DNA of 64,000 bases from an uncultured Candidatus Saccharibacteria bacterium (lineage in GTDB: Bacteria; Patescibacteriota; UBA1384; CAILIB01; JAUSJZ01), in NCBI GenBank assembly GCA_964421635.1, contig CAYQWZ010000005.1, positions 2,748 through 66,747 of the forward strand, in the 5' to 3' direction. A program made the translations under genes and the position numbers. Position 1 is the first letter of the stretch. Every line of letters begins with the position of its first letter. Positions 19,300-28,871 of the stretch are shown here, in pieces. The notes below the pieces were generated by a model. That model was not told where the DNA came from. It did not search any database and was given only the letters and a program-made list of their open reading frames with translations.

Positions 19300-19650
19300 C
19301 TACTTTTTATCACGGGCTAATAGCAAGTTTGTAATCAAGCTAATTAACCACAAAATTACAGCTGCCCAAAAAGCTGGCCAGAAACCTGAAACATAAAGCA
19401 AGTCGTCGCGCACCACAGCGGCTACCAACCAAATCATTAAAGCGTTAACAACAAAAGTGAATAAGCCGAGGGTCAAAATATTGATTGGCAATGTAAGTAG
19501 TAACACAATTGGTCGAATAACTGCGTTTACTAATCCTAAAATTAAAGAGATCAGTAAGGCGGTAGTAAATGACAGCACCGTAAAACCAGCCACATAGTTA
19601 GAAACTACTAGCAAACCAAGCGCATTAATAACCCACCGAAGTATCAACAT
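19300..19650 (-). CDS. Four-TM holin-like protein (YvlD / Phage_holin_4_2 family)
   Basis: LGLVNAVIRPIVLLLTLPINILTLGLFTFVVNALM. Confidence 0.9.
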   Translation of the reverse strand: MLILRWVINALGLLVVSNYVAGFTVLSFTTALLISLILGLVNAVIRPIVLLLTLPINILTLGLFTFVVNALMIWLVAAVVRDDLLYVSGFWPAFWAAVILWLISLITNLLLARDKK

Positions 19651-19685
19651 ATTAAGAACAGTATAACAAAAAGTTTGAACCGTAA

Positions 19686-19916
19686 TTAATCCTTCTTTTT
19701 CTCTCCCTCAATAATTGGCTTTCTGTCTTTCTCTGGTACTAATAACCATAATAAAATATATGCCCAAAGTGATGCTCCCCAAAACCAATAAATACAACCA
19801 ACAATTACAAAAGCTACTCTTACTACTACTGGGTCAATGCCCAAGTACTCACCTAACCCTCCGGCAACACCGGCCACAACTCTATTTTTGGTCGATCGAT
19901 ACAATTTTTTAGCCAT
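19686..19916 (-). CDS. PspC domain protein
   Basis: KKLYRSTKNRVVAGVAGGLGEYLGIDPVVVR...YILLWLLVPE. Confidence 0.92.
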   Translation of the reverse strand: MAKKLYRSTKNRVVAGVAGGLGEYLGIDPVVVRVAFVIVGCIYWFWGASLWAYILLWLLVPEKDRKPIIEGEKKKD

Positions 19917-19960
19917 ACAAACATTTACTGTTATCAGGTTAACTTTAGCACAATTTTAAC

Positions 19961-19990
19961 AAAAAAACCGGCCCGTCAATGAGGGTCGGC
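19961..19990 (-). terminator. Intrinsic terminator overlapping the stop of the 19976-20371 orphan
   Basis: ccggccc/gggtcgg stem with A7 on the left (U-tract on the minus strand). Confidence 0.7.
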
Positions 19991-20371
19991 TGAAGTTAGG
20001 TGACTTTTTAAACAACGATCGACATATTCGGCTGCCGTTTCGTTAGACACCCGCTCAACAACCAAAGATACAGTACTGGCTCCTGCCACCGACATGGCGT
20101 GCAACAGATTTTGCTCATCATCAGTGGCTACTACTACTTTGAATCCTTGGATATCACATTCGATAAGCAAGATGCTACAACCAGCTTCAACACTCTCTAC
20201 AAGATGTCTGCGATAAGCAATGGCGCTACAACACATTCTTTGAATAACTGGCAATTGACGCCACCAGTTCGCATCAACTTCTTCGAGCTGTCTGCTTGCT
20301 CTTAGTCGTCGTCTTCTTTCTTCATCACTTTCTACCTCACAACGACGAAGTAGCTGTTGTATCCAACTCAT
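19976..20371 (-). CDS. Orphan hypothetical protein (SD-led module)
   Basis: GGGAGG SD before ATG, TGGACT-17-TATTCT promoter, own terminator. Confidence 0.7.
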   Translation of the reverse strand: MSWIQQLLRRCEVESDEERRRRLRASRQLEEVDANWWRQLPVIQRMCCSAIAYRRHLVESVEAGCSILLIECDIQGFKVVVATDDEQNLLHAMSVAGASTVSLVVERVSNETAAEYVDRCLKSHLTSADPH

Positions 20372-20448
20372 GGGTATCCTCCCGTAATGAGGAGAATAGC
20401 ATAAGAATAAAGGAAAGTCCAGAGTATATTGTTTATAATCTTGGAACT

Positions 20449-20493
20449 AAAAAAGCCCGTCGCCCTGCAAGTTAGCAGGATAAAACGAGCTTT
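20449..20493 (-). terminator. Terminator of the RRM gene
   Basis: aaagcccgt...acgagcttt stem with inner cctgc/gcagg and an A-run at left. Confidence 0.65.
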
Positions 20494-20510
20494 CTCTTCG
20501 AAAAGTAGAA

Positions 20511-20771
20511 TTAGTTTCTCTCTTCTCTTTCGCGAGCAACATTTACGTTAAGCTTGCGATCATCTAACTCTGTCTCGTGCATTGCTTCGACAGCCTTATC
20601 AGCATCTTCATCGTTAGCGAATTCTACGAATCCAAAACCACGAGGACGGCCTGTTTCACGATCAGTGATGATGTTTACATCTGAAACTTCACCATGAGCC
20701 TCAAAAGCTGCTCTTAGAGAGTCTTCTGTGGTGTCATAGCTTAGGTTTCCTACATATAATCTTTTTGCCAT
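20511..20771 (-). CDS. RRM-domain RNA-binding protein
   Basis: RNP2 LYVGNL and RNP1 RGFGFVEF. Confidence 0.96.
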   Translation of the reverse strand: MAKRLYVGNLSYDTTEDSLRAAFEAHGEVSDVNIITDRETGRPRGFGFVEFANDEDADKAVEAMHETELDDRKLNVNVAREREERN

Positions 20772-20892
20772 TTTGACATACTATTATTTATCCTTTAGAA
20801 AGCTCTTTCTCTAAACACATACTCGACCGGGCATAGCGTTATCAAAAGGCACTGAACGAAAAACGTAACAGTAAATTCTAAATCACAAAAAT

Positions 20893-20921
20893 CGTACCAT
20901 TATTTAGCAAAAAAGTCAATA
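20893..20921 (-). promoter_or_regulatory. Sigma70-type promoter of the RRM gene, giving a ~115-nt leader
   Basis: TTGACT-17-TACGAT on the minus strand, with TG extended -10. Confidence 0.65.
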
Positions 20922-20943
20922 ACTTTTGTGGTATTATGTATGC

Positions 20944-22017
20944 GTGTCAAATATAAATAATAGTCAAGATAAAATTGTTGATTTCTTGTTCGAAGTTGGA
21001 ATTCTTTCAAAGACTCCTCGAAGTGGGTTTCATTTTTTAGGTAGCGGGCAGCAATCGGTGGCTGAGCACAATAATCGAGTGGTTTTTATTGGCTACACTT
21101 TGGCTACCTTAACTGAAGGAGTTGATGTAAGCCGAGTAATGAAAATGTGTCTCTTTCACGATTTACCAGAAGGACGCACTTCAGATTTAAATTATGTTCA
21201 CCAGAAATACGCCGAAGTCAGAGATGACGAAGCTTTGCGTGACCTTACCAAAGATCTTCCTTTTGGCGATGAGATGTATGAGCTTTACGAAGAGTATGAA
21301 AAACGCGAAAGCTTGGAATCGAAATTAGCCAAAGACGCCGACCAATTAGAATGGATTTTATCTTTAAAAGAGCAAGCTGACACGGGTAATGCTCGAGCAA
21401 ATACTTGGCTGCCACCAGGAGTAAAAAGACTATTAACCCCTATTGCCCAACAGCTAGCTACTAAAATTTTACTAACCAATTCAGACGATTGGTGGTTCTC
21501 TAACAAGCAAGATAGCTGGTGGGTAAATCGAAACAAAAATCAGCCTGCAGAAAATTTAACCCCCGCCCCTGTCGCGACTAAAAATGAAAACGAAATTGTG
21601 TTGCAAGTTGGCACTAAAATTGCCATTCAAAATGAATTAGGCCAAATATTGTTGGTTAAGCGTAATCCTCAAACATACCCTGAAGTGGTTAACCCTTGGG
21701 ATATTATTGGCGGCCGCATTGACACAGGCTCTGAATTAGAAAAAAATCTAGCGCGAGAAGTTAAAGAAGAAACTAATTTAAATTTAGTCGGCACGCCTAA
21801 ATTACTAGCTGCTCAAGACATTTTGCGTGTTCCGGGTCGTCATGTTGTTCGACTTACTTATCTCGGGCAAGCTACGGGTGAAATTAAACTTGATTCTAAA
21901 GAACATAGTGAATTCCGCTGGGTCAACCCCAATGAACTACATAATATAGAAGGATTAGACGAATACTTCAGCCAAGTAGTACAAGATAATTTTGAATTAA
22001 AAAGATCTACCGACTAA
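20944..22017 (+). CDS. HD-domain (YfbR-like) phosphohydrolase fused to a NUDIX hydrolase
   Basis: L.KTPRSGF..LG...QSVAEH, LFHDLPE.RTSD, AKDADQLE; C-terminal Nudix box GGRIDTGSELEKNLAREVKEETNL; GTG 20944 lies 6 nt after TATTAT. Confidence 0.88.
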   Translation: MSNINNSQDKIVDFLFEVGILSKTPRSGFHFLGSGQQSVAEHNNRVVFIGYTLATLTEGVDVSRVMKMCLFHDLPEGRTSDLNYVHQKYAEVRDDEALRDLTKDLPFGDEMYELYEEYEKRESLESKLAKDADQLEWILSLKEQADTGNARANTWLPPGVKRLLTPIAQQLATKILLTNSDDWWFSNKQDSWWVNRNKNQPAENLTPAPVATKNENEIVLQVGTKIAIQNELGQILLVKRNPQTYPEVVNPWDIIGGRIDTGSELEKNLAREVKEETNLNLVGTPKLLAAQDILRVPGRHVVRLTYLGQATGEIKLDSKEHSEFRWVNPNELHNIEGLDEYFSQVVQDNFELKRSTD

Positions 22018-23128
22018 AAATTGGAATTTGTTGATGCATCAAGCGCTCAATTTGGCTGACAAGTCGGCGTTGATCATGCGTAGCTAGCGAAATGGCCTGC
22101 CCTGCCCTTCCAGCCCGACCTGTGCGACCAACTCGATGAATATAATCTTCTGGGGCATCAGGCAAGTCATAGTTAATTACTAATCCTATATTTTCAACAT
22201 CAATACCGCGTGAAGCAACATCTGTCGCTACGAGTACACGAAAAGCTCCAGATCGAAATCCGTCTAGCGCTCGGCGTCGTTGACTTAATGATTTATTAGA
22301 ATGGATTTCAGCCGCTCGGTGTCCCATTTGTTGAACCTTACTGCGTAATTTATTCGCACCGTGTTTAGTTCGAGAGAAAACGAGCACGCTCTTGTAATCA
22401 TCATTTAAGATATGGCGTAGAGAATTTAGCTTCTCGTCTTTTCGCATATAACGCATTTGGTGCTTAATATTAGCAGCACCCGTATTAGCGGGGGAAACTT
22501 CAACTCTTACCGGATTTTTCTGATATCTTGAAGCTAAAGCCACAACCGGAGCGGCCATAGTAGCTGAGAAAAGTAGAGTTTGGTGCAGACTGGTAATGGT
22601 TGAAATGATGCGCTGAATTTGTGGAGCAAAACCCATGTCAAACATTCGATCGGCTTCGTCGAGTATAAGAAAATCTATATTTTTCACTGAAATGATGCGT
22701 TTCTCTATTAAATCGGTCAAACGGCCGGGAGTAGCAACAATTATGCGAGGATTTTGTTTTAGCTCTTTTACTTGTCGATACTGTGGCACACCACCAATGA
22801 TGCAAGTTACTTTGAAACTAACGGGTAGGGCGTGAGCAATAGATTTGATGTGTTGTTCAATCTGCAAAGCTAATTCTCGAGTTGGCGCAAGAATAAGAGC
22901 TCTCTTCTGATTGCCAGTTAATTTTTGAATCAAAGGTAAACCGAAGGCCAAAGTCTTGCCTGTCCCTGTTTGGGCAATACCAATAACATCCCTTCCGTTT
23001 AGAATTTGAGGGATCGCCTGGGCCTGAATTGGGGTCGGCTTCGTAATGCCCTTTTTTGCAAGAACTGTGATGATCTTGTGATCGAGGTCAAAAGAAGAAA
23101 AACCGGTATTATCTGTATTCATGGACAA
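22007..23128 (-). CDS. DEAD-box RNA helicase (RhlE-like, short)
   Basis: PTPIQ, AQTGTGKT, PTRELA, TPGRL, DEAD, SAT, HRVGRTGRAG. Confidence 0.96.
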   Translation of the reverse strand: MSMNTDNTGFSSFDLDHKIITVLAKKGITKPTPIQAQAIPQILNGRDVIGIAQTGTGKTLAFGLPLIQKLTGNQKRALILAPTRELALQIEQHIKSIAHALPVSFKVTCIIGGVPQYRQVKELKQNPRIIVATPGRLTDLIEKRIISVKNIDFLILDEADRMFDMGFAPQIQRIISTITSLHQTLLFSATMAAPVVALASRYQKNPVRVEVSPANTGAANIKHQMRYMRKDEKLNSLRHILNDDYKSVLVFSRTKHGANKLRSKVQQMGHRAAEIHSNKSLSQRRRALDGFRSGAFRVLVATDVASRGIDVENIGLVINYDLPDAPEDYIHRVGRTGRAGRAGQAISLATHDQRRLVSQIERLMHQQIPIFSR

Positions 23129-23244
23129 GCTTAATCATACCTAAATAATCTGGTTCTGTCAATAAAGCTGCTCTACTCCCTTAAAACACAGTGGCTACAC
23201 CTTTGCTATAATGATTTCAGATAAAGGGGTAGATCTAAATTTTT

Positions 23245-23901
23245 ATGGATACAAAAAAGTCCGACACCAAAGCTGAAGCTACAAATAATTCCGCAAATTC
23301 CGTCAATTCTGCCGCGCCGACTGACAACGAAGAACTCAAAAAAAGGCGAAAAACGGTTACTTGGATTGTAATTATTGTTATCCTTCTAGCTGGCTATAGT
23401 TGGGTATCTCGCACTATCAAAATTGCCAAAATTACCCGCAGTACAGACGCTGCAATCACAGAAATTAATAAATTAGCCGATGAAGTCGAAGCAGCCCGAA
23501 ATAAAATTCCTGACGACGATTCATGGGACAACGAATATTCTGAATTTGAAGATGAAGACGAGTTTTCCGAAGAAGAAGGCTTAAGCGACCTTGCAAGCTT
23601 ATACGGTTGCGACTCCGATATGTACAAAACAGATGAAGAAGCAGCTGATGATTGGGACGCCGAAGACATTTGTATAGGTGAAATTGAAGAGCCAGTTTGC
23701 GGTTATATGCGCTTGGTTTTTGATAACGATAAAGAAAGAGAAAGTGCAGACACCTACGAAAACGCTTGCACCTATTGCAAAATGTTTGATAGTGACGGAA
23801 AAACGGGGCTTCGTGGCACCACAATGTATGAGTTAGGATACACGGACGGCGAATGTTCAGACTCTGTTTTGAATTCAGAATTGAATTATAGTTCTCAGTA
23901 G
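23245..23901 (+). CDS. Single-TM protein with acidic linker and Kazal-like Cys domain
   Basis: TM helix, then IC...EEPVCG...TYENACTYC...GEC pattern. Confidence 0.65.
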   Translation: MDTKKSDTKAEATNNSANSVNSAAPTDNEELKKRRKTVTWIVIIVILLAGYSWVSRTIKIAKITRSTDAAITEINKLADEVEAARNKIPDDDSWDNEYSEFEDEDEFSEEEGLSDLASLYGCDSDMYKTDEEAADDWDAEDICIGEIEEPVCGYMRLVFDNDKERESADTYENACTYCKMFDSDGKTGLRGTTMYELGYTDGECSDSVLNSELNYSSQ

Positions 23902-23962
23902 GTTTCTTGACAAACAAACCTGATATTGCTACTAATTAAGTGTTCGAGAAAGGAGCACAGCT

Positions 23963-24490
23963 GTGACTATGGCAATAACTGCCCCTACGAGAACCCGTTG
24001 CGATATACTCAGCACAATCAAAATTCGAGTAGACACCAAACAATCTATCGATTTAATGATTGAGTTGGGACAGTATCAGTGGATTAGTGAAATACTGCTT
24101 CGAAGAAAGCTTCACTACCCCCATGTACCAACACAAACTAGCCCCATATTAGAGGCTAGAATTGCTCTGGTTCAGGTTCAAGGAGATCCTGAGATCAGCT
24201 CCGTAGAAGCTAATGCCCTTATTCAAAGCAGTTTAGGATTAGTACCAATAGAGCTACTTGCATTGCTGGCTATTGGAATACAGTATCCTCATTTACAAAC
24301 AGAATTTCCCATAGTAGCGCTCGGGGCTAGAACAGCTATAAATAACTGTGACTATGTCTTCAAGTTGGGTACTCATCGCTTTTCTACCACAAACACCAAA
24401 GCTAAAGCCCTTCTTCATCACCGCTGTGATTTGCCATTCTTTTGCGCCAACTGCCTCTTCCCAGCCTTCATACCCCTTGACCGCGATTAG
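23963..24490 (+). CDS. Orphan hypothetical protein (SD-led module)
   Basis: TTGACA at 23908, AAGGAG SD, terminator accgcga/tcgcggt-T6 at 24480-24504; ELLALLAIGIQYPHLQTEFPIVALG segment. Confidence 0.75.
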   Translation: MTMAITAPTRTRCDILSTIKIRVDTKQSIDLMIELGQYQWISEILLRRKLHYPHVPTQTSPILEARIALVQVQGDPEISSVEANALIQSSLGLVPIELLALLAIGIQYPHLQTEFPIVALGARTAINNCDYVFKLGTHRFSTTNTKAKALLHHRCDLPFFCANCLFPAFIPLDRD

Positions 24491-24601
24491 TCTCGCGGTT
24501 TTTTAATCCATATCCATCAACAATCTATAGTAAATTTTCACTGTCAACAAAAAACTGCCATTGATAAAATTTAAACTTCTCTGCTAGCAGTAAGAGATGA
24601 A

Positions 24602-25310
24602 TTATTCGTGTCTTAAAGCATCTATTGGACTTAAAGCAGCCGCTTTCTTGGCCGGGTACCAACCAAAAACCAACCCCACTGCCATTGCTACTGATAAAGC
24701 CAAAATTATTGAGTTCATATTCATAGCCACACTTAAATCAAATAAGGAGCTGGCTAGATAAGCAAAAATATAACCCAATATAACCCCGACAATGCCACCA
24801 AGAGTAGTTAACACAATAGCCTCAATCATGAACTGAGATAGAATATCGCTTCGCTTAGCACCAATAGCTTTTAGTAATCCTATTTCTTTAGTCCGCTCGG
24901 CAATAGTAACCAACATAATATTCATTATGCCAATTCCACCAACCACTAAAGAGATAGCCGCAATTCCTGCTAATAAAGAGACCATAGTACTAGTAACACT
25001 ACTAATCGAATCAATCATTGACTGGGCACTTCTTAATCTAAAGTCAGCGTCGTCAGCGTTAGAAATACCATGATTGTCTAAAAGTACTTGCTCAACTGTC
25101 TCTGTATAGTCAGTCACTATTTCTGGATCAGAAATAGCCACACTAATAGAAGTTGGATTATCTGAACCAACTAAAATTTTTTGAGCTGTACCAATAGGCG
25201 TTAAAACATCTGAACTATCGTTAATAACCCCAATAACTCTGAAACTACTTTGGTCAACTCTAATTTTTTTACCAACTACAGATTGATTTTCACCAAAAAG
25301 CTCGGTCATC
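24602..25310 (-). pseudogene. MacB/FtsX-type ABC permease, C-terminal part only (5' truncated)
   Basis: IAAISLVVGGIGIMNIMLVT.ERTKEIGLLKAIGA...YPAKKAA.LSPIDALRHE; the N-terminal TM and most of the periplasmic domain are absent. Confidence 0.88.
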
Positions 25311-27415
25311 CGCATGACCCAAATATATCAGTGGTACCGAAAGAGTTTTCTGACTACAAGACCAATTCAATACTCACTCCTACTGATAGACGTGTGCTCG
25401 AACAGAGTTATTTCAAAGGTGGTACTCCATCTAACATAACCATTGACCACTTGCAAAACATACACGAGTACTTCAAGAGTAAGGGGTATTCCGCAATACA
25501 AACACCACGACCTTCAGACGTAAGTGGTGCCGCCACAGAGATGGTTATTATTGACCCCTCTAAGATTAAAACCAAATCCCAACTAACCGACCTCTACAAC
25601 CAAGCACACGCTAAACCTAGTGAGTTACCCCAGAACCCTCTACTAGCAGAAGCCCGTAAGTATAAGAGTGCGGAGGAGTTTGTGAATAAAATACAAGGTA
25701 GTAAGACTCAATACACAGATTACACCCCAGGATTAAGGACTGGTGGCACTTCTTCTGAGTCTATGAGGATAAGCAAACTGGGTGTTAATCCAAATCAGGA
25801 AGTAACAATTTATAGAGGAGTCCCAAAAGGTATAAAAGGTAGTATAAATTCTGGTGATTTTGTAACTACTGATTTACAGTCGGCAAAAGACTATGCAGGT
25901 AATGGTGCCGTGTTATCAACTAAAACAAAAGCCAAGAACCTTATCACGGAGTACTCTAGTGAGTTTGATAAAAACAACCCATTTAGTCCTGGCAGTGAAT
26001 TTATCTACTCGACAGAAAGTGCGTCAAAACCATTGACCAAATCCCAACTAACCGACATCTACAACCAAGCCACTAAGGCAGCATCTCTAAAAACTGCGGG
26101 ACAAACTGGACTAGAACCATTGCAGTCCAGTAAAGCGTTAGGGGTAGAACAACAAAATATACAAAAGGTTCAGATTGGGGGAGGTTTGAAAGCTCTTCAA
26201 CCAGAAGAGTCTGTTTTTCTCGGTAAAAAGCTGAAAGTATCGGAGACACCAGAACAAATAACGATAAAAAGAGAAGGAACAAAACAATTATCAGAATGGG
26301 AGTCCAAAGAAGGTATATCAAAGCGTTCATCTAGTTTAGATAGTATAGAGACTCCAAGAGTTGTCAAGCCCGAAGACATTAAAACAGGTGAATACTTAGA
26401 CCCCGAAGATGCTATACAAGCGACAGAGTTTGCGAGAGAGTTTGGTGATGAAAAAACATTTAAGCCTATATTTGATAGATTTATAGGTAAAAGAGAAGCA
26501 GCCAAAACTAAGGGCGCTTTAGTTGGTAACAAATATGTCAATATATCCGTTAAAGATGGCTTTGATGTAATAGATGGACTAGAAGGGATTGGTACTAATA
26601 AAGCGGTTGGAAAAGATGTAGCGTTACTTAGAAACGAGTACGACACCTTACGACAGCTGGCTAATAAAGAAGGTCTAAACATAAACTTCAAAGAGGATTA
26701 TATAACTCATATTTGGAAAGAATCTCCAGCAGATGTACAAAAAGTTCTTTCCGCTAAGGGTGGTTTTAAGTACGCTAAACAAAGAACTATACCAACATAT
26801 AGAGAAGGTTTGAAACTTGGACTTACACCTAAATATACCCATCCTGCACCTATAATTGCAGAATATGTTACAAAGTTAGAACAAACAAAAGCAGCTCTGG
26901 ATATGTTCAAAACTCTGAAGAAACAGGGGATAATAGTGCCTGCTAAAGTTGGCGCTAGTAATATAGATTTTGAGCCAATCGTTGCGGGTGGATTTCCTAA
27001 GTCAACTACTAACATTGGTGATGGAAGAACTTATATCGGCAACTGGTATGCTCCTAAACAAGTTGCAGATTTGATAAATAGTGTTTTCTCTCCTAGAGCA
27101 GAAAATAAGTTATTAGGATTCACAGCCAACATTTCAAGGGGAGTACAAGATGTATCTATGGGTGGTGGTATCGCATATACTCCTATTAACTTCTTTACTA
27201 TTGCTAACTCAATAAAGGAATTGACTGCATTTCGTGGTAGAGCCCCCTTTAAGGCTTTAGCACACTCAATAACTGATGGTTCTTCTAAAAGATATTTTGC
27301 TCAACACGCAAGCACTATTATAAAGATGCAAGAGAATAACATTCCAATATCAACTAGTTTTTCTACTGAAACTCTTGTACCAAGAGCATTATCTAAAAGC
27401 ATTGGTCAAAAAGCT
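25311..27415 (+). other. Foreign phage-like coding fragment (large polyvalent / virion-protein-like, with ADP-ribosyltransferase-like domains); no own start or stop
   Basis: Open frame throughout; KGYSAI...EMVIIDPSKIK and VTIYRGV...DFVTTDLQSAKDYA...EFIY motifs; repeated TKSQLTD.YNQA; ORF ends fall inside antisense macB/macA sequence. Confidence 0.75.
25571..26070 (+). repeat. 35-bp direct repeat (25571-25605 and 26036-26070, 1 mismatch) encoding TKSQLTD(L/I)YNQA
   Basis: accaaatcccaactaaccgac(c/a)tctacaaccaagc. Confidence 0.9.
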
Positions 27416-27711
27416 GCATCTGCTTCTTGAATAACTGTAAATAGAGTTTGCCCTTCATAAACATAATCTCCATTACTAACAGATAATCCTCTCACCACAC
27501 CACTGACAGAAGCCGTTATATCTACTGATCCTACCACCTCTATCTCACCAACTTCTGAAATAGAATTTATTACATTACCTTTTTCTACTTGGCCGTAGGT
27601 ATATTCAGTACTAGCCGAATCTTGATCTTTTTTAGTACCAAAAAAATAAAACAGACCTCCTGTGACTAAAACAGCAAGAATAATATATTTTAGAAAATTT
27701 TTTTTAAGCAT
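27406..27711 (-). pseudogene. MacA-like adaptor, N-terminal ~95 aa only (3' truncated)
   Basis: TM helix, QVEKGNVINSISEVGEI, ITASVSGVVRGLSVSNGDYVYEGQTLFTV, then an abrupt stop at the foreign segment. Confidence 0.85.
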
Positions 27712-27718
27712 AATTTTA

Positions 27719-28036
27719 TTAGCTTCCCTTTGGCATGTTGCCATTCATCTTACGCATAGTGCGCATAGTATCTCTCATTTCCACCCTTTCTTCTTCAGAC
27801 ATATTTTCCATTCCCTCTGGCATCTCTGGTTTCACTTCTTCCATTTTCTGAGCAATCTCTTCTTCAGACAATCCTTGTTCTCGCCAATACTCTTGCATTA
27901 CCTCATTTTGACGTTCCATGTTTTTGGGGTTCATGTTAAAACGACCCCGATTATTTTGTTTCTTTAAAAAAAACCAACTGCCGAGTAAAACTATAACTAG
28001 CAGTAACAAAAAAATGATGATCTTCTTTTTCTTCAT
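27719..28036 (-). CDS. Membrane-anchored Met/Glu-rich hypothetical protein, first gene of the efflux operon
   Basis: N-terminal TM, MPEGMENMSEEER low-complexity segment; co-oriented 7 nt before the macA-like gene. Confidence 0.7.
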   Translation of the reverse strand: MKKKKIIIFLLLLVIVLLGSWFFLKKQNNRGRFNMNPKNMERQNEVMQEYWREQGLSEEEIAQKMEEVKPEMPEGMENMSEEERVEMRDTMRTMRKMNGNMPKGS

Positions 28037-28208
28037 ACACTTAATAAACTTACCCCCTCTTGTTAGTACTACGCATAACTGAGAAAATATATCTCAATTT
28101 ACAATATTAACTTTTTTAACAACCAATGATAACCAACATGAATGTTGTTTAAATTAGATTGGCTCTTGTCCAATTTAGCGGAGCTGACCGAGAAATAACA
28201 TTAATTCA

Positions 28209-28805
28209 TTAATAGTCTAGTGCGCCTTCTATGCCAGCTGCTGTTGCGTCCCAAACTCCAATAACTCTATCTAAAGCAGCCGTACTTTTGTCATACCAAG
28301 CCCAGTTAACTTTAGCGACAAAAGATGCATCACCAGTTTTTTGTGCCCGACTATCAGCCTCTTTAAACTCATTATCGTTCCATCCGGTAAAACCATTATG
28401 GTCATCTATAACATGGGTCATGTATTTGAAAAATTCGTTATAGTAACCGGCTAGCTCAATTTTTGACTGTAGATTCTCTTTCTCGCCTTCAAGAATTTCA
28501 ATTTGACTTTGTAATCCGGCAATTTGATCTGCAGTAGTTGCGCTACTATCAACCGCCACTGCCTCTGCTTCATCTGCCGTCTCATCTTCTTCTGCTTCCT
28601 CACTTTCCGGCTCTTCAACTTTTTCAGTCACATCGGCACCACTTAGCTGATCTATTAATTCTTTGTTCTTCTGCAACTGCCCATTATACATAGCGCCCAG
28701 AGACACCGAAGCTGCCAACAGCACTACCGCCACCGCAATGGCTATCGTTTTATTACTAATTTTTGACTTGAAAGCTGGCTTTGGTTTTGTTTCCATTTTA
28801 TTCAA
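28209..28805 (-). CDS. Membrane-anchored coiled-coil hypothetical protein
   Basis: TM helix, acidic linker, heptad segment, globular C-terminus. Confidence 0.75.
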   Translation of the reverse strand: MNKMETKPKPAFKSKISNKTIAIAVAVVLLAASVSLGAMYNGQLQKNKELIDQLSGADVTEKVEEPESEEAEEDETADEAEAVAVDSSATTADQIAGLQSQIEILEGEKENLQSKIELAGYYNEFFKYMTHVIDDHNGFTGWNDNEFKEADSRAQKTGDASFVAKVNWAWYDKSTAALDRVIGVWDATAAGIEGALDY

Positions 28806-28871
28806 TTAGTTTTTACATTTAAAAGCGCAATAGACATTACGAAAGGTTGATTTAATTATAACAAGATTTGC

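Noticed and set aside
19300-19650. Holin as evidence of a prophage
   Set aside because: The YvlD-type four-TM gene sits with pspC and ydjM-like genes, a chromosomal envelope-stress context; no lysin or structural genes.
25250-27430. 726-aa ORF as a complete gene
   Set aside because: Its first ~20 and last few codons are antisense macB/macA sequence; it is an internal fragment with no native start or stop.
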